Below, one piece after another: positions 25,321-38,502 of a DNA stretch of 64,000 nucleotides. Each line of letters begins with the position of its first letter. Position 1 is the first letter of the stretch. Position numbers and translations under genes: made by a program. The notes beneath the pieces were generated by a model, which was not told the origin of the DNA, made no database searches, and worked only from the letters and a program-made list of their open reading frames with translations. Origin of the DNA: Octopus vulgaris (lineage: Eukaryota); assembly GCA_951406725.2 (NCBI GenBank), contig OX597831.1, positions 66,216,001-66,280,000 on the forward strand, read 5' to 3'.

Positions 25321-25811
25321 CAACTCCCTTTAGATGTATTTAAATTCCGAAAGCAAGCAAGGGAGATAATTCTAATAAGTTTTATTTTTCTTCTGGTTTT
25401 TGACAATATACACAATGTTGATGGGAGTGGAGTTTGTCTATAAAGTTAACATGAAAGCAATTGACACGTTTCAGTAACATTTCACCTCCTTAGTAAAGTA
25501 TATATTATTTAACTGGCAAAACTAAGAATGACAAATACATGAACAGGAATAGAGGGAATGTAGAGCCACTGATAATGGACAGGTTTTTTAGCAGACTTGA
25601 GAAGCAGGAAACTTCTAGAAATAATAGAAAAATACTAAATGACAGACTGAAACTGCAACATATCGAATACTTCCATTGCAATCGATCTGATATATAAATC
25701 GATTTTGATATCTGTGTTAATAGCAGTACTTATTTAGATATTTTACATTTCTCACATACACTCTCTCTCATTCTCTCTGTACTCTCTGTACATGCACATA
25801 CACAGATTCAG

Positions 25812-25847
<36 letters not shown>

Positions 25848-26178
25848 CGGGTTGCAGATCCGTGGAATAAGCTGCCGGATGAGATAGTGAAGATACCGAC
25901 GACTGCTCAGTTCAAAGTCTCTCTTGACCAGAAATGGCCAGAACTCTTTGCATGAACACCCTCCCTGTACATAACTCCATGTCCACCTACATGGCCTTGC
26001 ATTTTGCTTTTTGAGCCAAAAAATTAACGTAACTTAACTTAACTTAACTTGACTTAACTTATGTATACACACACAAATGAATGTATATATACACATTCTT
26101 GTCTTATTTTATTTTTTATATATGTGTCTTAATCAAAACGAAAATCCGAATATCACTATAATTGGTTTTGTGTTTCAG

Positions 26179-26272
26179 TTCAAACGGATGCTAAACAGGG
26201 AGCTTAGTCATTTTGCAGAGTCAAGTAAATCAGGGAATCAAATAGCAGAGTACATATGCAGTACATATCTTG
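26179..26272 (+). CDS. PDE4: PDE4 exon, UCR2 C-terminal half ([31 protein letters not shown])
   Basis: [16 protein letters not shown] motif; acceptor tttcag, donor G|gtaagt; 94 nt, phase 0->1. Confidence 0.97.
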
Positions 26273-26711
26273 GTAAGTAATAAGTTTCTTTGACTACACT
26301 TATATAACAATGCAATTAATGTTTCACATAGAAAACTTGTCAGTGTTTTTATCCACAATGAAATTAATATTTATTATACCTGTGTTCTACAAGCCTCAAA
26401 AGTTTAGTAACTACAGGTCTAAAATCTAAAGGCTTAAAAGACCACATGCTGAATACCAAGTTGTTATTAACAGAGATCAACAAAATCCTGACGTCTTAGT
26501 GAAGTGCTCATGTTTAATTGGTAAGAACAGGTAGTCAGTGGCAGAATGGAGACATAAATGAAGCACTGGAATATCTGGCAGATTAAAAATGAATAAAACT
26601 TTGGGTTTTATTAATACAAAGAAATGGTTAGCTCATACAGCTTGGTGGATGTAATTAATAGTTTCTGCAATCAGATAATTTAAAAGCAGTCACAATGATG
26701 GTATCACAGTT

Positions 26712-26922
26712 AAGGCGGCGAGCTGGCAGAAACGTTAGCACGCCGGGCGAAATGCTTTGCGGTATTTCGACCGCCGTTACGTTCTGAGTTCAAATTCCAT
26801 CCTTTCGGGGTCAATAAATTAAGTAACAGTTACGCACTGGGGTCGATATAATCGACTTAATTCGTTTATCTGTCCTTGTTTGTCCCCTCTGTGTGTGGCC
26901 CCTAGTGGGTAATAAAGAAATA
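26712..26922 (+). mobile_element. Nin-domain-like SINE, family B (head AAGGCGGCGAGCTGGCAGAAACGTTAGC; GCCTTTCATCCTTTCGGGGTCGATAAA motif)
   Basis: TSD ggtatYacagtt; more than 15 full or partial copies, e.g. 4710, 38160, 40660, 41777, 42264, 44728, 49738, 51918, 53188, 53945, 56673, 59812. Confidence 0.85.
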
Positions 26923-27339
26923 GGTATTACAGTTAGAGTAAGAAATAGTTGAAAGAAGCATTTGTAAGATGTGTGATGTATGTTGATGAAATATAATCAT
27001 AGATTGTTGGTGATTGCTATTAAGAAGGATTTGGAATTATTCTGTTAACTGAAAGATGTTAGCTTGCATGAAAGATGGTTTGCATGTGAGATAATAAAAT
27101 AAGTGAGCATTAAAGAAATTAGCTAATGCTTGCAAGAATCATAATAGTATTGGTATAGACAAGTGTTGTATATGCATAATACTTGTTGCATAAACAAGTA
27201 TTATGTAATAAAATATAACTGGTATTTATGGTACAAGATGGCAAAGAATGAAATGGATGGAAAAAAATGCTAAGATTAGATCTTACCTTATCGATAAGCT
27301 GAGATGACTAGGAATATGTTTAGTAGTGGCTTTATCTCA

Positions 27340-28860
27340 TATCTGAGTATTTATTGTCTTTTTTGCTGAATGCTTCCTTTATGGTGATACTGTTGATGAC
27401 TCTGTAGACCAATTCTTGCATAGAAGAGTTGAAAGCATTAATTGTATGGCAATATTGGTGGAGGACAAGGTTTGTTTTGGCAAGCCTTTCTCTCCTATCA
27501 GTTGAGTTCTTCCTTTTCTCTTCTGATGGTTTCACAGTTTTTGGTTCCAACAGTGATGGAACACCACCACTTGGTACGGTCTTGGACTTGTGTTTTAAAC
27601 AATTTGGGCTCAATTCCAGTGGCTTTTAGTGTTGCTTTGAATTGGTCCTTGTATCTTCGAAGAAGACAACCCCTTGGTCATCTTCCAGAAATTAGCTCAC
27701 TGAATAAGATTTGACTTTTCCATTCTTGCTACATGTCCTGACCATTGAAGATGGTGTCTCATGATCAGTAATTCGATACTTTGACTGCTGGCTTTTTCCA
27801 GGATTTTATTGTTAATCATATAATGTTGATTTGATGCTCAAGACTGAACGAAGCATTTGTTACTGAAAGCATTCTAATTTTTGGATGTTGCAATATAGAG
27901 TCCAGCTTTCACTGCCATATAGCAAGGTTGAAACAACAACAGTATTATAAACCTTAATTTTCGTTGCTAAGGATCTTTATTGTTGAAGACACATTTTGTT
28001 AACTTTCCAAATACCCCATGGACAGCTCCAATTCTGTGTTCCTTTTCTGAGGTGCACTTATTTGATAAAAAGCTGCCTAGATATGCAAAATGCTTTACTT
28101 TTCAAGAGGTGTAACCGAGTTGGTAACATCAAAATCTGGTATGATGGTATTTGGGGCTGGTCGACTTTGCCTTTCATCCTTTCGGGGTCAATAAATTAAG
28201 TACCAGTTACGCACTGGCATCGATATAATCGACTTAATCCATTTGTCTGTCCTTGTTTGTCCTCTCTGTGTGTAGCACCTTGTGGGTAGTAAAGAAATAG
28301 GTATTTGGGGCTGGTTGTGCAAGGACCTTGGCTTTCTTGATGTTTACTGTAAGACCAAAGCAATGGGTAAGGCTATAGTACAGTTGTTGACAGACTGTTG
28401 GAGTTCTTCTTTTGAATGACAGAGGGCAGCATTGTCATCCTCATATTGAAGTTATGAGATGTGTTGTATGTGTGTCAGATGTTTAGACTGAAATCTACTA
28501 AGATTGAAAAGTCCTACATCATATTGATATCTGATGTCAACTCCTAGAATGTCTGCAGTAACCTCATGAAGCATTGCAGCCAGATAGGAGGAGAACAGCA
28601 TAGGTGCCAAGACACATCTTTGTTTTAGTCTGCAAGTGAATGGAAATTCTTCTGACAGCAAGTTTTGGCGGAATACACATCCAGACATATTGTCATGCAT
28701 TGCTTGAACCAGAAAGATAAAGTGATCAGGATATCCAAAATGATGGAGAACCTTCCACATAGCAGTTCTTGAAATGCTATCAAGGGTCTTTTCCAACTCA
28801 TAGAAAACAAGAAAAATGGGTTTTTGTTGTTTTCTCTTGGAGTTTTCTTGCACAGAAAAT
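27340..28860 (-). mobile_element. Degenerate RTE (BovB-like) LINE RT and C-terminus, interrupted by a family B SINE (about 28160-28300)
   Basis: ELEKTLDSISRTAMWKVLHHFGYPDHF..LKQRCVLAPMLFS RT motifs; SINE TSD ggtatttggggctggt. Confidence 0.8.
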
Positions 28861-29227
28861 CATGTCATGTCATGAGATGTCTGGGAATATGGCAAACTGC
28901 AAAGATATCAATAATGGTGATTACTGAATGATAATGATGGGTGATATATGATATTGAATGATAATGTTGGGGTATATGTGAACAGCTAGATGAAAATAAA
29001 GAGTCAGACTGGATGAACAATCAGACATTTCAGGCTTTCTTAGAAACTAGAATATGGTAATTTTGCTTGGAGTAAAGGGCAATTGGAATAGCAGAGTATA
29101 GAATTTATTTGGGCTCACTAAATCCATATTTGGATTCAGAATTATATTATATTTGTATTTTCGTATCGTATGTCATCATCATCATCATCATCATTATTTT
29201 CATGCCCACCTTTTTTCCTTACTGGCA

Positions 29228-29435
29228 TAGACTGCTGAAAAATGTTCCTGGCTTTAAGGGTATCATGAAAGTCTTGGTTGGAGGCCCAGCCTTCCAAGTT
29301 TCTTTACAGGGTTTAGAAAAACTGAAAGACTACTGCAATAAGTCTGTGGATCTGAGAGGTGAATACGTTGAATAATTAACTGGTCCTCCTGTATTTTGTT
29401 TTACCTCAAACCAGAAACTTTTCATCACCCTTTCA
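29228..29435 (+). mobile_element. Internally deleted mariner derivative
   Basis: Degenerate gctgaaaa.gttcctggcttt TIRs and the transposase end GLEKLKDYCNKSVDLRGEYVE*. Confidence 0.65.
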
Positions 29436-29484
29436 TACATTCATACATTCATACATACATACATACATACATACATACATACAT

Positions 29485-30030
29485 GATGGTTGCCCCCTCG
29501 TTATCGAGTATGGCCAATGCACGAAGCTTAATCAATGTTGTTATCATGCAATGCCTGTGCAAGAAGATTTTTTTAAAGTGAGGAAAGGCTGTGCACTGAG
29601 TCAATCCCACTCACTAAGCAACAGCAGCCATAATCCGAAAAGAAGAACAAGTCAACATCATCGGTAACCACTGAGCCGCAGGTTTTATGTCGGAGTTATC
29701 CCAGTTACCTGAGTTACCTTCTCCTAGAAGGATGCCCTAACAAAGGCTAGGAGTCCTTCACTTCCAATGGTTTAACCGCGCGATCGGGTATTCAGCCTGA
29801 TTATTTCTGTCCCCGCGCATGATACAGCCTTAAGACATATATTGGATGGCTGTTGACTCTCAAGAGTTCCTCCGCCCTTTGATGGGTTTTGTTTTTATCC
29901 CACAGGGTGTCCAATAAACACTCTCCTCACCAAGCAAGCTTGGTGGAGTTGCCGTTTAGTCGCTGATGACCCGACCATGCAACAGGTTGTACTGGGTTAC
30001 TTGTTACCAGTAGCACTTGAAAGTGACCTG
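29485..30030 (-). mobile_element. Non-autonomous RTE-derived element (RTE 5' head plus short tail) in (TACA)n
   Basis: Minus strand contains the RTE-head-like TAGGGCATCCTTCTAGGAGAAGGTAACTC; no ORF. Confidence 0.5.
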
Positions 30031-31904
30031 ACATACATACATATGTACGTATGCATGAATAATACATATGCACTCATCCATCATCACTACCACCACTAGA
30101 ATTTGTTACTTGGTTCAATTTTCAAGGTTGGGATTCAGAAAGCATATATTTTTCTGCCACTATTTTCCTGTGAGTTTTATCATTAATTTCTATAGCTTCT
30201 CATTTCAAAGAATTTCCATGTTGTTCCATCAGGGACCATGCTCTTGCAATTACTAATATGAATAATATTCTTCAAATAATGTTTGATTCTGTCATAGTTG
30301 CATTAGTTGACATGTTCAACACATCTCGTACTATTACTTAGTTTATTTTGGATCGCAGATTTTTAGATGTAGGTGTTGTCATGATTATCTCTTTCCCTGA
30401 GTTTTTTAAAACTCTTACATTGGATGAAAATAAGTGTGAAACATGGGATATATGTACCTAGGGTAACTGTAATTGTTATCATCATCACAATCATTTAATG
30501 TCTGTTTTCCATGCTAGCATGAGTTGAACCATATTTCTATGAATTGGGCCTGCCTTGGTTATTTAGGCAGTGTTAAAGATTCTTCAGAAAGTGGGGTTCT
30601 GCAAGGTCAGATTATATCACTGAGAACTTTATCTTAAATTCCAAATAGTTTTTCTTTTGGGCACAGAAAAACATGCACCTTGGCATTTGTTGACAGAATA
30701 AGTGCAATATAAAATAACGAATTTTTGACATAACAGTGGACTTAGGGTAAGATGGAACTAAAATTGTGAGAATAGAATTTTATTTTTAATACTCTAATAA
30801 TCTCAAGCAATGAATTCACTTTGTATTCATGTAAAACTGTGAAATTAATAAAATTTGAGTGAATATGGCTAAATCATAAGTTGATGGCCAAAATTCACTT
30901 GCCCACATATCTGAGTTGATTTCTAAGAACACATGGTGGAGGCTGGAACTGGGACCTGCATGCTATCATTTAGTTTAATGTATGGCTGAATTATTTTTTT
31001 TAAAGTTAAATGTTGTGTCCATGAAATTTTGAGGTTGCTATTGTAACTTTTAGATCCAAATAGTTTAACAGCTTGGTTAACTTTTTTCCAGAATTTACCT
31101 GCTTGTTACTGTTCATATTTTTGGAGATTAATAAGTCATCATTTTTATATGTTCTGCTGTTAATAGCTTCAAATGTATTCTGGATTAAATTTATAACAAA
31201 TAGTCCAATTAAGTTTGAAATTTCTATGATTGCAAGCTCATAAGCTTGCAAAGAAAGTTCAGTATTAGGTCTTTGATTTATATCCTATTAGTAAAGGACT
31301 GACGGAATATTTAAGTATGCATAATTATTTGGCACGTAAAAAGCACCATCCGATCGTGGCCATTGCCAGCCTCGCCTGGCACCTGTGCCAGTGGCATGTA
31401 AAAAGCACCCACTACACTCACGGAGTGGTTGGTGTTAGGAAGGGCATCCAGCCGTAGAAACATTACCAGATCAGACTGGGCCTGGTGCAGCCTTCTGGCT
31501 TCCCAGACCCCAGTTGAACCATCCAACCCATGCTAGCATGGAAAGCGGACACTAAATGATGATGATGACTTGTATGTCATTATCTGCAATATTAAGCAAG
31601 AATATAGAGTTTTTAAAAGTGAAAACTTAGTTACAGAAGGGCAATAACCAATTATACGAAATTACTGTTGTTCCAAAAATGTACAGGGATATTTCCAGAT
31701 ATTATTTGCTACTTTTGTCTTTTATTTATAATAATTTATCCTAGTTCTGTTTAGATAGATTTTTTCAGCCTGCTTGTGTTTATGGATCTTGATAGCAAGA
31801 TAAAGTTGCTTCAAGGCAGGAATATCTTCTTATGTTAAAACTCAAAATTATGATTTTTATAGAATTTAATGTATTATTAGTGTTGTTTTATAATTATTAT
31901 TATT

Positions 31905-32272
31905 TATTCTTTTACTTGTTTCAGTCATTTGACTGCGGTCATGCTGGAGCACCGCCTTTAGTCGAGTAAATTGACCCAAGGACTTAATCTTTGTAAGCCT
32001 AGTACTTATTCTATCGGTCTCTTTTGGCGAACAGCTAAGTTACAAGGACGTAAACACACCAGCATCAGTTGTCAAGTGATGTTGTGGGGAGGGACAACAC
32101 ACAGACACACAAACACACACACGCATACATGCATATACATATATACGACGGGCTTCTTTCAGTTTCCGTGGCTATAGTAGAAGACACTTGCCTAAGGTGC
32201 CACACAGTGGGACTGAACCCAGAATCATGTGGTTGGTAAGCAAGCCACTTACCACACAGCCATGCCTGCGCC
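31905..32272 (-). mobile_element. SINE family A copy (internal deletion)
   Basis: Matches family A. Confidence 0.85.
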
Positions 32273-32750
32273 TATATTAGTAGTAGTATTACTGTTTTCC
32301 AGTAGATTTATTATATATTCATTTCATGGTGGGGTTCTTGTTGTGTCTACCTTCACAAATAAGTTGTTTGATTCCAGAATATTCTTTATAGTATTTGCCA
32401 GATACTGCCTGGCTTTGAATCGTATGTTCTTCATTTTGAAGATGACCATTTTGAAAGGTCAGAGCTGGAAGACATTTTCTGGTTCTGAAATTGGCTTTCA
32501 GTTCTCTTTATGTTTTCTATTTAACTTATAGAAATAAAAGCCTTCCAGCATATTCATTTAACTAGGTCTTATGAATGTGACATTCAGTATTTATTAAAAT
32601 GCTTGTGTTGATATGTGCATGTTTTCAGATGGAAATGTCTATTAGATAGCTATTTCATTATTTAGCTGTTATGTTCAAAGTGCAGAATGGGTTCTTCTTA
32701 ATTAGGAGTGATTCACTAAAAATAGCAATTCTATACAAGTAACAAATCTG

Positions 32751-33181
32751 GGATCTTTTCGGTTTGAACGGCAGTTTTTAACATAATTTCTAGGTAACTA
32801 AAAAATGTTAAACTTTGTATACTGGTAGAATGTGTTTATAAAACATCTTTTTCTCTTGGCTTTATTGGGAAAATTCTATAGTTTGTAAGATATTTGTTGT
32901 TTCTTTCTTCAATTTCTGCAATTTCAACCAATCACTGACGTCCATTGAGGTAAACAACATTCTGTGCCATATGAATAAGTCCCTCATTTAAGAAACAGAT
33001 TGGGTTTATTTACATTTGTGAAGAAAAAAAGATACCCTTCCCCCCACCCTAACCCTAACCCTAACTAACCCAAACCCTAAAACAGATTGAAATGCAATAG
33101 ATCGATACTAGGGTCATAATTATGGGTGACAATTTCATATGACACCGCTACAAAAAACTGCCGTTCAAACCGAAAAGATCC
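32751..33181 (+). mobile_element. TTAGGG-containing MITE copy
   Basis: TIRs present; flanking caaatc(c)tg. Confidence 0.9.
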
Positions 33182-34039
33182 CAAATCCTGTAACGCAATG
33201 TGAATTTAGAAAATCTGTGCTAGCAGTAAATCTAGATAATAATGAAGAAACCATTAAATACGACAAATATTTAGCTTAGTAAAAATTCATGGGGTTTAAG
33301 CCACCACATTTTAGCAATGTCAAATACACATACTGGAAATACATCTTTCCATCTTGTAATGTTGCATTTCAATAGAAATTTACTCAAAAGAAGCTATTCA
33401 ACACTAGCAAACTTTGTTTATATACAATCATCCTATAATAATCAAATTACACCTATAATTCAAATTGCCAGAAAACAAATGACATTAACACCCCTAGGTA
33501 CAATTGCTATTCACAAAAATTGCCATTCACAAAAATTTTTCTAAACAGTTGCGATAGACTGAATCAATTAGCGTTCAATGAAAAGCAACTGTCTAGAAAA
33601 ACTTGTTATCTATGCAGCAACTATCACATCTGATATTAATCAGAATTGAATAGATGACATAAGAATAATAGTAAGTCACTTTAATATTGGATATTATCAG
33701 AATTATACTTTAGTGCGTTACAAAGATAATTCAACATAAGCAAAAAGACCCATATTGAAAAAGTAATAATTTAATCTACAGAAGTATACAGTATCTTTTA
33801 AACAAAGCAATACTTATATATAATCTAAATCATTCTGTAATTTAAGTATTATTGTGAAATGCTTAATTGTAATACTAAAACATTGGATAAGGATATTGAG
33901 TTAATTTTTTCATGCAAAAATATCATTTTAGACACCATAATTGTGGATATCTCGTCTAACCCATGCCAACAATGATGATGATGATGGTGATGCAAGTGTA
34001 TATATATATATAGTTGAGGCAAGTGAAATCAAAAATCAA

Positions 34040-34600
34040 AATTCAAATTCAAATTCGATGACTGGCATCCGTGCTAGCGGGGTGCAAAGAGCACCATACG
34101 AGTGTAATCATTTAATCATTGACAGAGCGGCTAACCGGCTTCCATGCCAGTAGCACTTAAAAGGCACCATTCAGGCATGATCGTTACCAGCGTCGCATTA
34201 CTGGCACTCGAGCCCTGTGCTAGTAGAGTATTAAGAGCACCATCCGAGTGTGATCATTGCCAGAGTGGCTATCTGGCCTCCATGCCGGTGGCACATAGAG
34301 GACACCATTCGAGCGTGATCGTTACCAGCATCGCCTTACTGGCACCAGTGCCGGTGGCATGTGTAAAAGATTCGAGCAAGGTCATTGCCAGTGCTGCCTG
34401 ACTGGCCCCATGCCAGTGGCACATAAAAGCACCCACTACACTCTCGGAGTAGTTGGTATTAGGAAGGGCATCCAGCTGTAGAAACTCTGCCAGATCAAGA
34501 TTGAAGCCTGGTGCAACCATCTGGTTCACCAGCCCTCAGTCATTCGTCCAACCCATGCTAGCATGGAAAGCGGACGTTAAACGATGGTAAGGATGATGAT
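34040..34600 (+). mobile_element. SINE family C with an internal tandem duplication
   Basis: gagcacca...ttactggcac block repeated twice before the family C tail. Confidence 0.75.
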
Positions 34601-35175
34601 GGTGATACATATATATATATATTACTCTTTTGCTCTGTTACTTATTTCAGTCATTTGAGTGTGGCCATGCTGGGGCACCACCTTTTAGTTGAAAAAATCG
34701 ACCCCTGGACATATTCTTTGTAAGCCTGGCGCTTATTCTATCAATATCTTCTGCCGAACCACTAAGTTATGGGGATGTAAGCACACCAACATCAGTTTCT
34801 AAGTGATCGTGGGGGGAAGGAACAAACACAAACAAAAATACATGCACATAAATATATATATGTTGTGGCATGGAAATCGAGTTTTACTTACAGAGACAAC
34901 AATTCAATATCACCTGAGAAGATACAAATGGATCTTCTTATACAGGTAAATCATTGCATAATCTAATTTAAATTTAAATTTAAATCCTGTATATACATGG
35001 ATCTGTATCAAAACATTTATAGTGACCATTAAAAAGTTGCCTAACCATTCTTACTCTTCCTTTTGACTCTTTTACTTTTTCACTTTTTACACATATATAC
35101 ATATATATGCATAAATATACATATATATACACACACATATATATACATACATAAATATATATCTACATAAACATA

Positions 35176-35213
<38 letters not shown>

Positions 35214-35280
35214 GATACATATATGTGTATACTAACATATACATACATATACATGCATAAATATATATATACGTATATAT

Positions 35281-35325
<45 letters not shown>

Positions 35326-35335
35326 CATATATATA

Positions 35336-35470
35336 AGTCAGTAAATGGTGGCAACAGGATTCTGCACCGTGCCATACAATCAGGAGAACCCAGTCATGGC
35401 TGCCAAACAATTTCTGCAACCACATCACCCATAACATCTGGCCACTTAATTCCCCAGACTGCAACCCCTT
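35336..35470 (+). mobile_element. Tc1/mariner-superfamily (DD37D-like) transposase fragment
   Basis: WWQQDSAPCHT..TQSWL..NF.....IWPLNSPDCNP. Confidence 0.7.
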
Positions 35471-35749
35471 CAAAATACAGTCAGGATATAAATGGTAGGG
35501 TATTGCCAAGGTGCACGAGTAGGAAGTAGAAACTTCACATGAATGCAAAGAGTGTTGGGGTGGTGTATGCAGTGACTGGTAAAACCTGGACATACAGAGC
35601 GGATAGGGGACAACAGGATAGCAATGATACAGTGAGCAAGGCAGTGAGGACAGGATTGGGGAGCAAGAGATAAGCATAGGGCATTAAAAAAGTTTTTATT
35701 GTTATTGCCTGTGGGTGGAACCCACAGTGCTTCTAGAACTCAATTTTAC

Positions 35750-37220
35750 TGAAGTGGGCAGGTTTTCTCAAGAATCTCAGTTCATTGTGATCCCCTCCAC
35801 GAAGCCCAACATCTTGAGATCAGTCCTCAGTACTTCACCCCTTGTCTTTCTGGGTCTCCCTCTTCCACAAGAGCCATCCACTCTTAAGGATTGACACTTC
35901 TTTATAAAACTGTCTTCATTCATATGCATCACATGTTCAAACCAACATAGTCTTCTTTCTTGCATGCTGCATCTGATGTTTGATTTTTATCACTCTCTCA
36001 GATTGACACCCAAACACTCTGAAATGTTCACATTGGAGCTTTTGGTGTGAATGCTAAGCAGTACAGCATGTTGTTTCCAAACTTCTGGCAGAGTGAATTG
36101 CATCATGGTGCTGTTTTTCTCACATCTGATTCCTCATAAGCCCAACTTTTCTCTCAACACATTTTTCACTTTGTGATACATATACACTGATGTTGCACAT
36201 AGGCGCAGGAGTGGCTGTGTGGTAAGTAGCTTGCTAACCAACCACCTGGTTCCGGGTTCAGTCCCACTGCGTGGCATCTTGGGCAAGTGTCTTCTGCTAT
36301 AGCCTTAGGCCGACCAAAGCCTTGTGAGTGGATTTGGTAGACGGAAACTGAAAGAAGCCTGTCGTGTATATGTATATATATATATATGTATGTGTGTGTA
36401 TATGTTTGTGTGTCTGTGTTTGTTCCTCTAGCATTGCTTGAGAACCGATGCTAGTGTGTTTATGTCCCTGTCACTTAGTGGTTCAGCAAAAGAGACCAAT
36501 AGAATAAGTACTGGGCTTACAAAGAATAAGTTCCGGGGTCTATTTGCCTGACTAAAGGCGGTGCTCCAGCATGGCCGCAGTCAAATGACTGAAACAAGTA
36601 AAAGAGTATCCAGTGGAGCATACTACCTTCATTCTTCTCTAGTCTATGCATGCCGTCTGCATTCAGAGCCCAGGTCTCACTACTGTGAGGTAAAAGTTCT
36701 CTGAACTTTTTCCATCTCATTCTAATTCTTGAAACAATACTTTCAGAACATCCTCCACTATTGCTAATTCGGTTGCCTAGGTATCAGCAACTGTCCACAA
36801 CTATCAAGAGAGCCTCCTGGGCATTTGAGAAAGTCTAATTCCCAGGTGTCCTTAGTGCTTATTGTCCCTGTGCATCTGCCACATATGAAGGCAATTTTAT
36901 CTGTTAGTCAACCTGTGATTCCACTACATCTCTTTTGTGTCCATAGCTTACACTGGGTGCAGTGAATGGAATTATTTCCAATTCATTTTCTACATATTGA
37001 GCAGAGCCATTTCCCTGGTGGTAAGAGAGTCTTATCTGCTTTCTTGCTAACAACTTTTGTCTTTTCTTGGTTAATTTTAAGGCCCTTTGATTCCAGGTTT
37101 TGCTTCCATACTTGGAAATTCTTCTCAGTTCTGCTATAGATTCTGCAATAAAAGCAAGGTCAGTAGCATATAGTAGTTCTCACTGGCATCTTATTTTGAA
37201 TTCCTCTGTCATGGCCTGAA
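35750..37220 (-). mobile_element. Degenerate RTE-clade LINE fragment interrupted by SINE A (36201-36607, +)
   Basis: WKKFRELLP, QERRLCWFEHVMHM and GRGRPRKT motifs, plus a Cys-rich segment near 36870-37010. Confidence 0.7.
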
Positions 37221-37264
<44 letters not shown>

Positions 37265-37711
37265 ACATATATATATACTGCATATATGTGTACATGTCTA
37301 TATTGTAGCACCTAGCACACTCTGCTAAGTGGTTGGCATTAGGAAGGGCATCCAGCTGTAGAAACCATGCTTCAACAGACAACTAGAGTCTGGACAGTTC
37401 CCTGCTAGCCAGTTCCATGTCAAACCATCCATCCCATGCCAGCATAGACGTGAATGTTAAATGATGATGATGATGATATCTTCTGTCTATATACATACAC
37501 ACATACACTGTATATTTCAAAGGACAAGTCACAATACTCTAAACATAAACCAGGTGGATTTTAATAGTTTAAAAGGGCAGCAAATTTGAGGGAGGAGGTA
37601 GTGATTAAACGAACCCTAGAACTCAAATGGTGCTTATTTTATCAACTCTGTAAAGACAAAGCTGACCTTGAAAAGCAAAGGTCGACCATGAAAGGAGAAG
37701 CTAATCTTTAA

Positions 37712-37932
37712 CCCTTTCATTACTGTATTTATTTTGAGATGTTCTGTGTTTCTTTCAATTACTTTAAATATAACAAAGAATTTAGTAAAATAACTTAGTT
37801 ATCATTAAGCTAGTGTTAAGAACATAAATTGTGACTTAGGTTTGGTGGAAGATTTTAATTCAAAACTTATGAAAACAAGACATTTGTACTACAGAGCCAG
37901 AGCCGGTTTCAGCCGGGTTGGTAATGAAAGGG
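37712..37932. mobile_element. piggyBac-type MITE inside a SINE B with about 19-bp tandem expansions (aaggcaaagtcgaccttga)n
   Basis: TIR CCCTTTCATTAC/GTAATGAAAGGG with TTAA on both sides. Confidence 0.85.
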
Positions 37933-38470
37933 TTAAAGACAAAGTCAACCATGAAAGGCAAAGTCAACCTTAAAAGACAAAGTCGACCTTGAAAGGCTAA
38001 GCCGACCTTGAAAGGCAAAGTCAACCTTGAAAGGTAAAGTCAACCTTGCCAGAATTTGAACTCAGAACATAATGGTGAACAAAATGCTTACCAGTATTTT
38101 GTCCAGTGCATTAACAGTTCTGCCAGCTTATTGCCTTATCAATGATAATAATAATAATTCTTTCTAGTATAGGCACAAGGCCTGAAATTTGGGGAGGGAG
38201 ATAGTCAATTACATCAACTCCAGTAGTTAACTGGTACTTATTCTAAATACCCCAAAAGGATGAAAGGTAAAATCGACCTTGGTGGAATTCGAACACAGAA
38301 CATAGCAATGGGCAAAATACTGCTAAGTATTTCCCCCAGCATGCTAATGATTCTGCCAGCTTGCCACCTTAATAATAATAATAATAATAATATTATAAAT
38401 GGCGGTGCCCCAGCATGGCCACAGCTTGTGAGCTGAAACTAGATAAATAAAATAATTAAAAAAAAAAAAA

Positions 38471-38497
<27 letters not shown>

Positions 38498-38502
<5 letters not shown>

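Noticed and set aside
37655-38050. Regularly spaced short repeats (also 1108-1234 and 62650-62960) as a CRISPR-like array
   Set aside because: They are head-to-tail tandem units without unique spacers, in eukaryotic DNA with no cas genes.
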